From Proteromonas lacertae (taxonomy: Eukaryota), in NCBI GenBank assembly GCA_002245135.1, contig NGBS01000876.1:62001-126000 (forward strand): DNA of 64,000 nucleotides. The letters are read 5' to 3'. Below the pieces are notes generated by a model, which worked only from the letters and a program-made list of their open reading frames with translations, did not search any database and was not told the DNA's origin. Position 1 is the stretch's first letter. Each line of letters starts with the position of its first letter. Position numbers and translations under genes: made by a program. This document shows positions 26,093 through 39,462 of this stretch, piece after piece.

Positions 26093-27751
26093 TTATTCTT
26101 TTTCTTCTGTTGTATTATCCTTTACTATTTCTTCTTTTTCTTCTAGTTTACTTTCTTCATTCCCATTTTCTTCCTGATTTTCTTTATTTTCTTCTTCACC
26201 ATTGTTTTTTACTTCATTATTATCATTATCATTATCTTCATCATCATTATTATCATCATAATCTTCATCTTCCTCCTCTCCCTCTTCTTCATTTTCTTCA
26301 TCATTCTCTTTTCTTTCTTCAATATTCTCTTCTTTTTCTTCTTGTTTCTGTTTAGAAGGTGGTGGACCACTTGGAGGTTTAGGAGGAGGTGGAGGAACAG
26401 TTGGAGGATGAGGAGATGATACTGATTCATTTCCTTCTTCTAACAACTTTTGTCTCTTTTCTTCTTCTTCTTTCATTTGTTGAAGTCTTAATTTATTCGC
26501 TTCTTCAATTTGTTTGTTCGTTTGTCTTACACTTTCTACATACAATTCTAATTTATGGTTTCGAATATAACTTGATATTTCATACAATTTCTTCTCATTT
26601 TCTTTCTTTCTCTTGATTATTTCTGCTTTTAGATCCTTTATTGTATCATGAAATGATTTTTCTGGCCAGATTCTTTCATATTTTTTACCTTCTACTCGAT
26701 CATTTATTAATACCCCCTTTCCACAGATTTTATTATTTCTCCATTGACCTATATAATGAAAACCAGTTGATGGACTAATCATTTCACCTTCACCATTTAT
26801 TTTATCATTCACAAACATTCCATTATACACTAAACCATTATTATATGTAATTACGCCATTTCCACTTCGTTTTCCATTTACCCAATGACCATCATATTTA
26901 TTACCAGCACTATCTATCATTATACCATATCCATGAAATAAACTATTCTTAAAAGTACCAACATAACTACTTCCATCAGAATATATGGCTGTTCCTTGTC
27001 CATCTGCTATATCATTAATCCAATATCCATCATAAGTACCACCATCCATAAACCAATATTTACCAATTCCGTATAAATGACTGTTTTTATAATTACCTTT
27101 ATAATTGTAAAAATTCTCAGCTCCCATACTTTCTAGTTGATTTAATATTACATTCTTTTGACCTGGAAATGCCATTGATATTGATCGTTGAGGGATTGCA
27201 CTTATTCTTTCTTCTAATGATGGTAATGGATCATCATTTGTTGAACAATGTGAACTTCTTTCGATTATATCTAACTGATGTTGAGATTGACTTATTTGTT
27301 GAGTTGATATACTTGTATGAGATTTAGCTGTCGGTGGACGAGTGACAGTCGATTTTTGGGTTTGTAATAATTCATGTTTTCTTGGTGATAAGTGAGATAT
27401 ACCTGTTGCTTTTCGTATTTTATTCATTTTATTGAATATTTCATTATCTTCATCTTCTTCCTCTTCTTCATTAGTTTTGGTGGAATATTCTGGAAAAAAC
27501 GATTTAAACATCTCTTGAGATTTTTGACCTAAAGGAAGATATTTTGTATGTGCTTCTTTCAATTCAAGTAATGTTTCTTTTGGCATATGAGCTCTTTCAA
27601 GCATTTTGGAATATGCAATGAATTTCTTTTCTTGTTCTAGCTTTTTTTTGTCCAATATTTTTGCTATTGTCTTCTTAGTTTGTGAAAATTCTTTCATTGT
27701 ACTACGAAGTTCCACTTCATATTCTATTTCCTCTCTATCTTTTTTATTCAT
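26093..27751 (-). CDS. MORN-repeat protein with coiled-coil, Pro-rich and acidic tail
   Basis: About 6 MORN units of the form Y.G.W......G.G (YDGYWINDIADGQG, YDGHWVNGKRSGNG); no introns needed. Confidence 0.85.
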   Translation of the reverse strand: MNKKDREEIEYEVELRSTMKEFSQTKKTIAKILDKKKLEQEKKFIAYSKMLERAHMPKETLLELKEAHTKYLPLGQKSQEMFKSFFPEYSTKTNEEEEEDEDNEIFNKMNKIRKATGISHLSPRKHELLQTQKSTVTRPPTAKSHTSISTQQISQSQHQLDIIERSSHCSTNDDPLPSLEERISAIPQRSISMAFPGQKNVILNQLESMGAENFYNYKGNYKNSHLYGIGKYWFMDGGTYDGYWINDIADGQGTAIYSDGSSYVGTFKNSLFHGYGIMIDSAGNKYDGHWVNGKRSGNGVITYNNGLVYNGMFVNDKINGEGEMISPSTGFHYIGQWRNNKICGKGVLINDRVEGKKYERIWPEKSFHDTIKDLKAEIIKRKKENEKKLYEISSYIRNHKLELYVESVRQTNKQIEEANKLRLQQMKEEEEKRQKLLEEGNESVSSPHPPTVPPPPPKPPSGPPPSKQKQEEKEENIEERKENDEENEEEGEEEDEDYDDNNDDEDNDNDNNEVKNNGEEENKENQEENGNEESKLEEKEEIVKDNTTEEKE

Positions 27752-27829
27752 GATAAAAATAAGAAAAAAAGAAAATACAAAACGACTATTTACGAACTTT
27801 GGCTTGATTCTTATTTATTCATTTTCTAG

Positions 27830-29131
27830 ATGATCAGATCATTGGTTAAACTAAAAAGGAGTATAAATCCATCAGTTTTGAAAATGTTATTGATTAAATC
27901 CAATTATTCAGTATCTAAATGTTGTAATCCTTATGTTTACTTAACGTTATCCAAATCATATAAAAAATATTCAACAGAAACATTTCAATATATTTTAAAA
28001 GATATATTTGGTATTGATGATATGAAAATAATAAATAGTGAATTTGTTGCTAACTATAATCAAAAACTATTTGAATCAGAACAATATTATAGAATCATAG
28101 TTGAAACCGAAATACTAACTCCATATTATTCAAAACTATTTAATTCAAATTCATTGGAATGTGTTTATAATTGCTGTTTAAAACTCTCATCACGATATGA
28201 TGAAGTATTTTATAAGTTATTACAACAAAAGAAAAAGGATATAACAGACATTGAAATGCAATATCTTGATTTTATATTAAAATATCACAATAGAAATAAG
28301 AATTATAAAACAATAGAAATATTAATTGATAATTTCATCTCTAAAGGTCAAAATAATAAATTAAACATATCTAAAACTCATCTAAATAAAGCATTACCAA
28401 TAATAATTTCAAATATCTATACAAATTTGTATAAAGTTCAAATTTTATCTCAAATTATATCAATGAAAGGAATTGAAATAACCAATCATATGATTGAGAA
28501 AATATTGACTAAATATTATACAAATAAACAATATGAAGATATTTACTCATTCGTACAGATATTAAATACATACTGTGTAATGGATATTAATGATAAATGT
28601 TTGCATTATTATCTATTATCATGTGCTTATCTTGATAAAATTGATGTATTTTTAGATATTGATAAACAGAATAAAGAAAATAATAATAATAATAATAATA
28701 ATGGTAATGTGTATTATAATTATTTACCAACTGTATTATTATTTGCAAGGATATTTACAGCTAATGGATATTATGAAATTGCTTGTAAATATTGGATGAA
28801 GTATATAACAGAATCAAAACAACCACTTTCAACTGATTTATATTATAATGCATTACACTGTTTTGCAAAATGTAAAAATAAAGAAGGATTTAAAGAAATA
28901 ATAATGAAAGGGTTACTTAACTCTAAGACACCTAAAGCTATACCAATTTGTACATCAATGATGTTATATGATTTGACATTTTCAGATAATTCAATAATTG
29001 AGAATGTTTATAAAGTTTATAAGCTAAAGACACAGAATTCTCTAACATATGGAATGTTAGAAGATTTAGAGAAGAAGAAGGATAGAGAAAATATGTTGTG
29101 GATATTACAATGGCTTTCTAAACAGATTTAA
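27830..29131 (+). CDS. Putative mitochondrion-targeted PPR-like helical-repeat protein
   Basis: Basic, acid-free N-terminus; ~35-aa helical repeats (LYYNALHCFAKCKNKEGFKEI, LHYYLLSCAYLDKID). Confidence 0.5.
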   Translation: MIRSLVKLKRSINPSVLKMLLIKSNYSVSKCCNPYVYLTLSKSYKKYSTETFQYILKDIFGIDDMKIINSEFVANYNQKLFESEQYYRIIVETEILTPYYSKLFNSNSLECVYNCCLKLSSRYDEVFYKLLQQKKKDITDIEMQYLDFILKYHNRNKNYKTIEILIDNFISKGQNNKLNISKTHLNKALPIIISNIYTNLYKVQILSQIISMKGIEITNHMIEKILTKYYTNKQYEDIYSFVQILNTYCVMDINDKCLHYYLLSCAYLDKIDVFLDIDKQNKENNNNNNNNGNVYYNYLPTVLLFARIFTANGYYEIACKYWMKYITESKQPLSTDLYYNALHCFAKCKNKEGFKEIIMKGLLNSKTPKAIPICTSMMLYDLTFSDNSIIENVYKVYKLKTQNSLTYGMLEDLEKKKDRENMLWILQWLSKQI

Positions 29132-29420
29132 TTTGTTATTTATTTTTATTCTTCGTAGTTAGTTGATTAAAATGTTTGTTTACTTTTGTTTATATCTGAT
29201 AACAACACTTTTACAGCATAATTATTAATACATGACATATAGTGTGTTAAAATCAATACATACATCCAACATCTGTTAATTGTCCTTAATCCTTCGACAT
29301 AAATTTAAATTATTCGTTTTTATTGCTGATTTATCATCAACCTTCCTGGTAAACCTCATTCAAGATTTTACTTCGCTCAGTACTCCTTCATATATACAAA
29401 ACAATTTAAATAATTCACTC

Positions 29421-30305
29421 ATGACAGAAATTTCTGTTAAAAATGAAAATATCGAAGAAGAATTAATAGAAATATTATCTAATACCCATGAATTAAGTCC
29501 AAGCAAATACAATCCGGAAGAAGAAGAAGCACTGCTTGGAATTGAGAAACTCAAAACTTACCAACCTCCTCATCACCTTAGACCTTCGACTTACAGAAGA
29601 TATTCGGATCAGTATCAATTTAAAAACAGAATAAACAGAGGTAGGAATAGAAGTTCACAAAATCAAAAAATGAGAAGACTTTCTTCAAATTCACAGCAAA
29701 AACTAGCAAAAAGACGTTTATTATCCAGAGACTTTTTAGGAATTATCAACCAAATTCCTCAATACATTCTATGTGAAAAACATTTAAATCATATTCCCAA
29801 TGAAAATGAGAATCTCAACTGTCATGTCGAAAAGATTCAAAGATGGTATGATATACCACTTCAATCATATCAAAATCAATCAACACTTCTTCATTCTTCA
29901 AAACGAAATATTCAGAATAATCCTCAAAATGATGAGTATAATGATGATGATGTTCAAAAATTTGAAAAAGTTGACAATCTCCAAGTTACCTGCTGTGTAT
30001 GTCAGAAGAATGAAAAGAAATCTTATTGTTTCTCCTATGGTGAAGGATTGATATGTATAAAATGTGCAGTTAGACATTGTAGAGAGTATAAAGACTTACA
30101 GGATTGGTATACTAAAGAAGAAGTGAATGAGAAAATGAGGAGATGTGATAGATTATGTCATATGAGACCATTATATCACTTTCTTAAATTAGAAAAGAAG
30201 AATGGACAATATAAAGTGGGTAAATTGTGTCTGTACTGTAGAAATGTTAAAAGGTGGGAATATTTACAATCGCAAAGATATACACCAAAGAAAAGGAATG
30301 GTTAA
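29421..30305 (+). CDS. Hypothetical protein with a C-terminal Cys/His-rich (zinc-finger-like) region
   Basis: First ATG of the ORF is 29421; CCVC, CIKC...HC, CDRLC and CLYC pairs. Confidence 0.6.
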   Translation: MTEISVKNENIEEELIEILSNTHELSPSKYNPEEEEALLGIEKLKTYQPPHHLRPSTYRRYSDQYQFKNRINRGRNRSSQNQKMRRLSSNSQQKLAKRRLLSRDFLGIINQIPQYILCEKHLNHIPNENENLNCHVEKIQRWYDIPLQSYQNQSTLLHSSKRNIQNNPQNDEYNDDDVQKFEKVDNLQVTCCVCQKNEKKSYCFSYGEGLICIKCAVRHCREYKDLQDWYTKEEVNEKMRRCDRLCHMRPLYHFLKLEKKNGQYKVGKLCLYCRNVKRWEYLQSQRYTPKKRNG

Positions 30306-30416
30306 TTGTTTATAAAATACTATACTTCCAAAAAGACAATAGAAATAGAATACAATACATGCACATTAAATAATTAAATAAAAAAATAGAAACTATTTTG
30401 ATTTTTTCCTTTCTTT

Positions 30417-31339
30417 CTATTTTGATGATTTTTGTCTTCTTTTAATAGACCTAAAACCTGGAGGACATTCATATTCCTGACTTACTTTCACTTGATCTGG
30501 TAATTTCGCTGTAGGAAGATAAGAATATCCTCTTTCTGATGTTGGCTTATATCTTACAACATGTCTCTGTGTCTGATAACTTCTAGTATACTTCAGAAGT
30601 GTTTCATTCTGCTTATCCCAATCATAATCAAAATCTTTAGCAAATCTTTGATAATTACTAAATGTAGTGGTATTAAACTTTGTATTAGAAGGTAATATTG
30701 TCTGTTCTATGTTTTTAATAACCAAATCAGAAACACTTTGAGATGTATTTCGTGGAGGTGATTTCAATAGGAATGCTGGTGTTTTTGGTAATAGTGGAGA
30801 AGTAGGTCTTGAACAGGGATGTCTAATGGACATATTACCAGCTGCACAACTGTTATTATTCACTGTATTTGATGCATTATATTCTTCTATTTCTTGTATG
30901 ACGGCTGGAACTGGTTTTGGCGATTCAACATATTCTAAATCCATCTTATGAAGTGTTGGACTTGAAGCAGATTGATTCATTAATATTGGTCCTGATCTAT
31001 AGAGAATTGAAAATATAAAATATGAATAAATACTTTCCAGATTCTATGAATTGATCTATCGATTGATTTCTGTATGTTTGATTTATTTTAATCCCTTTAG
31101 GGTGATTAGGAAGATAAGCTAAAGATACTTCATAATGAGGTATTGAAGATAGACTTTTAGATAGCATAATTTGACTTTTAACTACCTGATGACCTCTCTG
31201 TTGTAAAATTGATTCTGTTTGTGAAGGTGTATTATCAACTGGTGCTAGAATGAATAAAAAATCTGTTAAATATACTAAATGGAGTTCCATTATTTGTAAA
31301 TGTTATAGATACAGGTGTAGCAATTACTCTTCTTTCCAT
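30417..31339 (-). CDS. Hypothetical low-complexity protein
   Basis: ATG 31339 (MERRVIATP); exons joined by short introns. Confidence 0.55.
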
Positions 31340-31446
31340 TTAAATAAAAAACGAAAAAAACTATAAAATTGGTGTTTCAAATTTTTGAAAACAACCCCCA
31401 AAAGTAAAAAGTTTAAAATAATAAAGAATAAATATAAATATCTATA

Positions 31447-33078
31447 TTATTCTGTTTCACTCCCACTACCATCATCACTCCAATCAGAACCAGAAGCATC
31501 TCCTTCTATAATCTTACCAAACTTATCTAATCTCTTCTCTTCATCAGAATCATCAGAATCGATAGAATTCTGATAGTTCGTGACTCCATCCCAAAACTCA
31601 CATCTAATCATCCTATTCCCAACAGTCTTCCCATTTCTAAATTTCACACACTTCTCAGCAGCCACAGAAGAAGCATATTTCACAATCACCACACCATCTT
31701 CATTTTTTTCAAACACTGTTATCTTATCAATGTGACCATATTTACCAAATTCCTTATTAATCAACTGTTCTAACTTATTACTAAACTTCTTATCCTTAAA
31801 ATCATCAGGTCTAAACATATTAAACAATACAACAATTTTCAAACCTTTATCTTCCACACCTTCCTCATTCCAACTTAATGATTGCTCCAACTGCATCTTT
31901 CTCACTTTCTTTAGTTTATTAATACCATTATTCCTCTTAGGAACATAATCTTCCTTCTTCTGAAATACTGCTTTAGAGACTGATAAGAGATTATCTTTAT
32001 GTTGATAATCAAATGGCATTTTATCACATAATTGAATGCACAAATCTACACTTGTTTCTTTCAAATAACATATCGATGCTGTACCTTTAAACTTCTTATT
32101 TTCATCATAATATAATTTCACTTTAGGATTTCGATCTATATCTATATTGATAATTCCATATTTACTGAAGTATTCGATTATTTCTTTTTCTTCTATATCC
32201 AGTGGTAGTCCTTCTATATATACCCATGTATTTAATTTACTTTCACTCCATTGACTCTTTTTAGATTTTTTATTTCGTTTTCTTTTTATTGGTTTATCTT
32301 TATTATTTTCTTCTTCTTCTGTTTTTATTTTTGTTTCTTCTATATTATCTTTATCTTTATCAGTATTTGTTGTTACTCCTCCTCCAAATGTTAATGGAGT
32401 ATTCTTTTGTTTTTCATCACCTTTATTCTTTTCATTTTTCTTCTTTTTCTCATTATTATTATCTCTTTTCCCTTTATTTTCAATATCATTTACTTCTTCT
32501 TTATCTTCTACTTCATCATTTTCTTCATCTTCTTTTTCTCCACCTATTTGATATTTCCTTGATACTAAATTCTTGTGATTTTGCATGAGTGATTTTAATG
32601 ATTCAATTTCGCTCAATTCTTTCCATTCTCCTAACTGTTGATTCCACACTAATGTCATTCCATCAACTGCACCTGATTCAAAGAGTGACAGAAAGTCTTC
32701 ATCAATGATTGGACCTACTTGTTCACCTGAACGAGCTTGATAATACCATTTTACTTTGTAATAGTCTGGCGATACTTTTGCAACCTTCTTGAATTTGTCT
32801 ACTTCGAATGCAGATTTCCATGCACCTAATCCTACTTTCCATACTTGTGTTTCTATCAAAAATGTAAAATAAATGATTATACCTCCTGGTAATAGTTCGC
32901 TCTCAAATAAAGAGTATAATGCAGCTGCAACCGTTTGGCTGATTTGCTTGGTAACCTATAGAAGTATAAAATGGAAGAATTATACTGGGTCTAGATACAT
33001 CCATTCCTCCTTATCAGTGTATGGATCGTACCCATCACTATAAAAATAAGTTTGATAAAAATACGCCTTCTCTTCCAT
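31447..33078 (-). CDS. HTATSF1: U2 snRNP factor HTATSF1/Cus2 (RRM + UHM) with N-terminal GYF_2-like domains
   Basis: NTWVYIEGLPLD, KVKLYYDE..KFKG, VSKAVFQKK, IVVLFNMF, RCEFWDGVTNY. ATG 33078 with three small 5' exons. Confidence 0.85.
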
Positions 33079-33163
33079 ACAAAAAATGAATAAAAATGAT
33101 TTGTACTTCTAACTTGTGTTAACCGTTTGTTATTAACATTTTTTGATTTCTCATTACACGAAC

Positions 33164-34389
33164 ATGCAAAATGCACTTAGATTATTTACTAAAGTTAAGT
33201 ATAACAATATCTTTCGTTATTCAAAGTATTCGAGTAATACACTTCAGAATATATACCTAAAAAGAAACTTCTCAGGTATATATTGATGAGAATTATTTAA
33301 ATAGATAAACCAGCTGATGATAATAAAAATTCCAGTATTCCACCTGGATATGAAGAAGCTGAATTCGAAAAACTACTTAAAGATATAGAAAAAGATTTAG
33401 GATCATCAGGAACAAGTTTACAAGATATGATAAAATACCAAAAGAAAGCATCAAAGCTATTCAGCAGTAGATTAGGTGATTTACAAAATCATTATTCAGA
33501 TCAAATAGAACAGTTACAAAAGAAAATAGATCAAGGAGAAGATGTTAAAGAACCAAGAAGAGGAGGATGTACAGTTGAAGGAACTTACAAATTCTATAAA
33601 CATTTTGAATCTAAAGGTTTTGTTAAAGTTCCCAAAACAGGATGGATGGTGAGTAATTTATGTTATAGCAGTGGTAATGTAATATTGAAAACATCAGCAT
33701 TTAATGATGGTATACAGAAATCAATAAGATCAGGAACAAATTTTATACAAGTGAATTTAGACGATAATTTTATGATAAGATATAATGATGGGTAATATTT
33801 ATATATTTATATAATTATATAATTATTATAGAGATACTATCAACTTATCTCAGATGTATGCTGTTATTAATACAATGTTTCTATTAGAAGCTGTAAAAAG
33901 AGAAAATGTTTGTTATTCTGCAAGAGTATTGAATATTTTTTATGTTTATATATATATATGAATAGATATTACCATATCATGATAATGGTGAATTATTGCA
34001 ATCTGAAGAGTTAAATGATCGAATAATGAAATGCATTGAGAATTATGGAACAGATAAATTAGATATTGGAACATTGCAAATAGGTCTACAAATGAAATAT
34101 AATGATATTGAATATTATTTTAAAACATTAAATGAACATATAAAGGATAATAAAATTCAAACATTAGGCTTGGCTTGTAATGGATGGAATATGAGTGAGA
34201 ATGAGAAAAGAGGAATTAATATATTGAAAGTGTATGATATAGCTGATAAATTAGGAATTATGGATAAAATATCAATAATTCAATCACCAATGAATATTAT
34301 TGAAAATGAATTAATTACACAAAAATACGATGTAAATGAGAATATAAAGAAATATTTGAATAATGATTTCAATGAAAATCAAATTAATG

Positions 34390-34427
<38 letters not shown>

Positions 34428-35376
34428 ATTATTATTATTATTATTATTAGTTTATTGATTTCTGTAAATATTCCAACATGTTATTAATGTCAGATCAATC
34501 CATTTGAAAGTGGTATAAAAGGAAGACCAATTCAATTTTACACTCTAACAAAAGTAAAGATTGATGAAGTAACTAAGAAACTATTTGAAGTTATGAATGT
34601 ATGTATATATATGGAACATGTAGAATATCCCAAAATCAGATTCTTATTAAAAGAAGCAAATTTACCATCAGAAGGAGCTTGCAATATCGGTCATGATTTG
34701 AGCGCTTCGTTATTATCAATTAATAATTTAAGTCATTGGTTATATCATCTACAACATCATTTAATACCTCAATTAATGGAATTTCATCATATATTGAGTG
34801 AATATAAAATAGAATCAATTAAGAAAGTATATTTTATATTACTTATTTTTCTATTTATATAGTTTTCTGAAGTTCATCGAGTTACTGTTTTAATGACATG
34901 CCAATGTATTACTCAAATATTAATGTATCATGAAAATGAATATTTGCAAACAATATGTAATGAATTAGATGAAAAGAATCAGAAATTAGTTGTTTATGAT
35001 GATATATGGCTTGTATATATATTATTAATTCATTTTGTGATAGAGAAATGCTGAAATATTAAGATCTATTGGTATTGATTGTTTCTCTACAGATCATGTA
35101 CATGCACATGTAGCTAGTTTACCTGCTAAGAAACTGTTAGAGAAAGAAGAAGGCTTAGAATTGATTAAGAACTTTAAACTACCAAAAGATAAACCAGTTT
35201 TTGAATCAAAAGATTTGAATGAAGATGAGAAGAAAGAGAAATTGAAGAAATTGGAGGATATATTTATTGCTAAAGAAAAGAAAGATGAAGATGATATACA
35301 AGATCAGGAACAGATAAAGAAAATGTTAAAAAAAGAGATAGATATTGATATGAAGAGATATAATCCATTAATATGA
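33164..35376 (+). CDS. Divergent aldo/keto-reductase-fold protein with a mitochondrial-type presequence
   Basis: MQNALRLFTK...LKRNFS; CTVEGTYKF...TGWMVSNL, IRSGTNFI, GTDKLDI, KIQTLGLACN, IIQSPMNIIE. Confidence 0.6.
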
Positions 35377-35512
35377 GTTTTCTTATTATTAAAAAGTGTG
35401 TAATATGTAATTAAAATTGCAATAATATAGTAAAATAATCATTATATATTTAAATAAAAGAGTTATTTACGAAAATCAAAATAGAATTGATCAAGCCTAC
35501 TCAAGCTGATAA

Positions 35513-36485
35513 ATGAAATATCAAAATCTATTTTTCTTAGCTCTAGTATTTTGCCTCTGCTATTGTGAGGATAAAGAATATGTCTCTACCATAATCACAT
35601 CTGGTAAAGAGTATCTATATTGATTCTTATTTTTTGTTAGGTATGTAGTTGGAAAGACAAAAAGAATAACAGAATTTTCAATTAATCAAGTAGATGCACT
35701 TGTGCCTTTAATTTATGGATCTGCTTCAGTATGAACAAATGTTTTTATTGTTTATGAATATAGATACCAGACTTATTGAAACCACATTTTAAAGAAGTAT
35801 TTCAACCAAAGTTCTCAATTATTTCATTTGTTGACAAAGTATAACCTAATTCCTTTTTATTACTTAATAGTTGGGAAGTGATACTTTAATTCAAGAAAAG
35901 ACACGTGTATTATTATATTATTTATAGTTATTTATATAGCCGTTTATTGAATCAGCTGTATCTTCCATTGTTCTTCCTCAAACAATTCAGAATTCGTCTT
36001 ATTTTGAATTATTACAATCAATTAAACCACAATTACAAGCCAATGTAATGACAAATATCATAACTTTAAGTCCATCACCTTCTGGGATTAAAGATATAAT
36101 CAATAAAATTGAAGAGTACAAAAACAACAAAGATAATGATAATAACAAGTATTTAATCGTTTTACATATTGATGAAAACTCAGTGCCTGATTTTATTACA
36201 TTTTTAGAGAAATTAACAACAACCACTGATGATTACTTGATGTTATTTACTGTATCACCACCAATAGTAACACCAAAACCAACTGTATCAAGAAGATTAG
36301 ATGACTCTGATAATTCAACTGATAAATATGGTGGAGGAATTCCAATCACTCCCCATATATTTGAAGGGTTAATGTTGTTCTGGTTTATGTTTGTAATGAT
36401 AGTTTTAAGTACTTATTGTATGATGGATATAAGAGCTCCCAGTATTTTTGTTACAAAATGTGCTCCAGTAGGAAAAGAGAGTTAA
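35513..36485 (+). CDS. V-ATPase accessory subunit S1 (Ac45/Voa1)-like
   Basis: Signal peptide; four introns give an open frame; C-terminal ITPHIFEGLMLFWF...YCMMDIRAPSIF resembles the Ac45/Voa1 TM domain. Confidence 0.65.
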
Positions 36486-36758
36486 AGATAATGAATTTTT
36501 TATTACTATTATTATGTTTATGTTGTTATTAATATTATTGATGTTGGTTATACTACTTCTCTATCCATTTAACCGTGATTAAAAAAACTATATCGTAAAT
36601 CATTATGTAAATGATAAATCTGTAAATAAAAGTGAATAATATAATAAAATCATTATTTCGCAGTGCTTATTTCTTCCTATTTATTCATTTTAACTAGATT
36701 TTAATAAAGTAACGAATCTATTTCTTATAAAGAATAAAAATTCTGAAATCTTGTGTAG

Positions 36759-39044
36759 ATGATTTATTACTCTCGATCTTACCTCATGATACTAAAGTAT
36801 TCTGATTGCTTTAATTTATTAGATAAAAGAAAGGGTAGAAAAAAGTCTTAATGAATTAGATTTTACAGTTCAACATCAAAATAATATGGAAATGATGAAA
36901 ATCTTCAAAATAGATGGAATAAAAGAGAAATATATATTGAAAATAATTGAAAATAACTCATTGTTGTTAGATTGTTATTCATTTTGCATCTATCCTTCAG
37001 AAATACAAATTCTCGGGTGTAATATGATGATTTTAGAAAGAGATTATTACTTCAGAGATCTAGAAGAGATTATTGAGAAAGAGTCACTTCCAAGTGAAGA
37101 TATATGTAATGTAATATGTCCAGTGTGTGATATAATGATGATATTAAGTGAATGTGATTTGATGATAAGCAATTTGAAGAGTAGCAACATAGTATATGGT
37201 AAAGATGATGTTATAAAGGTGTGTGATTTGTTTTTAAACGCATTAAGGAAAGATAGTGATATGAGATTATATGATATATGCTTTAAAAGCCCTGAAGAGT
37301 TGAATGGATTAGAATGTAATGAAAAAAGTATAATTTGGTCAGTTGGATGTAATTACTACTTCCATATTTACATTTGCTAATCAATAGATGTAATGAGTTA
37401 AATCTATATGGAATGAATTTAGATGATGAATCAATGATATTATTATCCTCAGAGTTATATAAATATCCAAATCTGAATAAAATATTCATATACAAAAATA
37501 GAAATATCCAATCAAAAGGATTAAAAGCCTTATTCTCCAAATTTCCTATTTCAAAAGTCGAATTTGATTTTAATGGGAGTAAAGAATTACTGATTGATAA
37601 AGACATTCAAGAATTTGTCAAATACATCCAAGATATTTATGAGTTAGATTTGAGTAATTTAGAAATAGATGATTATTATTTCAGATCATTCATTTCATTA
37701 AGATTGAATGAATTTGAGAAGATAGTTAGGCTAAATTTGAGTAGTATAATTTGATATGTTAATATTATTTAGATAATAAATTAACATACAAAAGTATACA
37801 AATACTGATTAACAATATATCTTCATTTTCAGAATTTATCCATCTTGAACTATATGGAAATGAGATAGGAGATGAAGGAATGAAAATATTATCTCCACAT
37901 TTGAAAATACTAAAAAATGCATTTCATTATTTTTTAAATTGTTCAAGTATAATGATGGATTTTTTATAATATGCAATAGAAATGGGATTATCATCAATTG
38001 GATTAAGATATTTGTTACATGGTTTAATGGAGAATAATGGAAGGATATATAAACTTGATGTAAGTGATAATAATATAGATGCAAATGGAGCAGAATATTT
38101 GATGAATTATATGAAAGAAAATGGTGAAATTGAAAGAATTTTACATTCACAGTATAGTCATTTCAATATATATAAATAGACAATCCAATTGGTAATAGAG
38201 GATTTAAATTATTATTAGGCAATCTAAATTTAATAGATATGAAATTAAGTAACATTTCAATAGATGATGAAAGCTTAATATTGTTGGCAGATAAGATAGA
38301 TTCAATTAGACAATGCACAAAAATAATAGATTTGAAAGGAAATAATATTAGAATGAATGGATTAAAATCAATTTGTGAAAAATCATTAGAAAAAAAAGAA
38401 TATCCATTTATAGAAATGAAATGTTTGTCATGGACAAATGAAGAATTGGAGTATTATTTGAATTATTGTATAAGGAAAGAAAGAGTTTATAGTAAATATG
38501 ATTTTTCAAGTATAAGATATAGTTTATAATTAAATAGATATGAATATCAACGATTCTCAAATTTCATTAATTAAACAGATTGGTTATGAAATACTTGATT
38601 TATCCAATAATAGAATCACTTCAAAAGGATTAGAAAAATTAACTGATTCATTATCAAAAGATGTAAGGCGTATATCAATATTTGATAATCCAATTGGAGA
38701 CGAAGGAATAGAAATAATATGTAAATATTTAAGATATATTTGTTTATAGATATTCATCATTAAATATTTCAAGTATTATATGAATATATATCAATTATAT
38801 AATTATTATAGATATTGGAATGAGTGAAAAGGGAGTAAAAGCATTAATAGAAAGACTGAAAGAATATAAACTACGAGGTAGAATAAATCTTTCAGGAAAT
38901 GAATTAAATGAAAATGAATTGAGATTAATAATAGAAAATTACCATATATTTGAAGATTTAGAAGAATTATCAATAACAGTGAAAGAGAATATAGACAAAT
39001 CAGAATTACAGTCATATTCAAACATAATTTCAACAATTGCTTAA
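36759..39044 (+). CDS. Pseudokinase fragment + RI-type leucine-rich repeats (start uncertain; possible pseudogene or chimera)
   Basis: SNLKSSNI, KVCDLF, FKSPE and IWSVGC, then LRRs (LDLSNNRITSKGL, NPIGDEGI, LDVSDNNIDANGA). Confidence 0.6.
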
Positions 39045-39462
39045 TCAGGGATAAGTAAAGATGAAAATGTTTATTAAACAATCGTATTATTATTGTTATT
39101 ATTATTTGATTATATAATATTCAAACTACTATAACAAATAACAAAAAACAAAAAAATCTATTTCTTTAATTCCTTTTCTTTCTCCCATTTATCTAATAAA
39201 TAAAAACAATCAAAATACTATTACATTAGATGGTAAGATCGAGAGTAATAAATCATCTACAGAAGATTTCAGAATTTTTATTCTTTATAAGAAATAGATT
39301 CGTTACTTTATTAAAAGTTAGCTAGAATGAATAAATAGGAAGAAATAAGCTACTGCGAAATAATGATTTTATTATATCATTCACTTTATATAACCTTCAA
39401 TAAAAGAATTTTGATTTATTTTCTATTTAAAAACAAAACACCTAAATAAATACTCATTCTAA

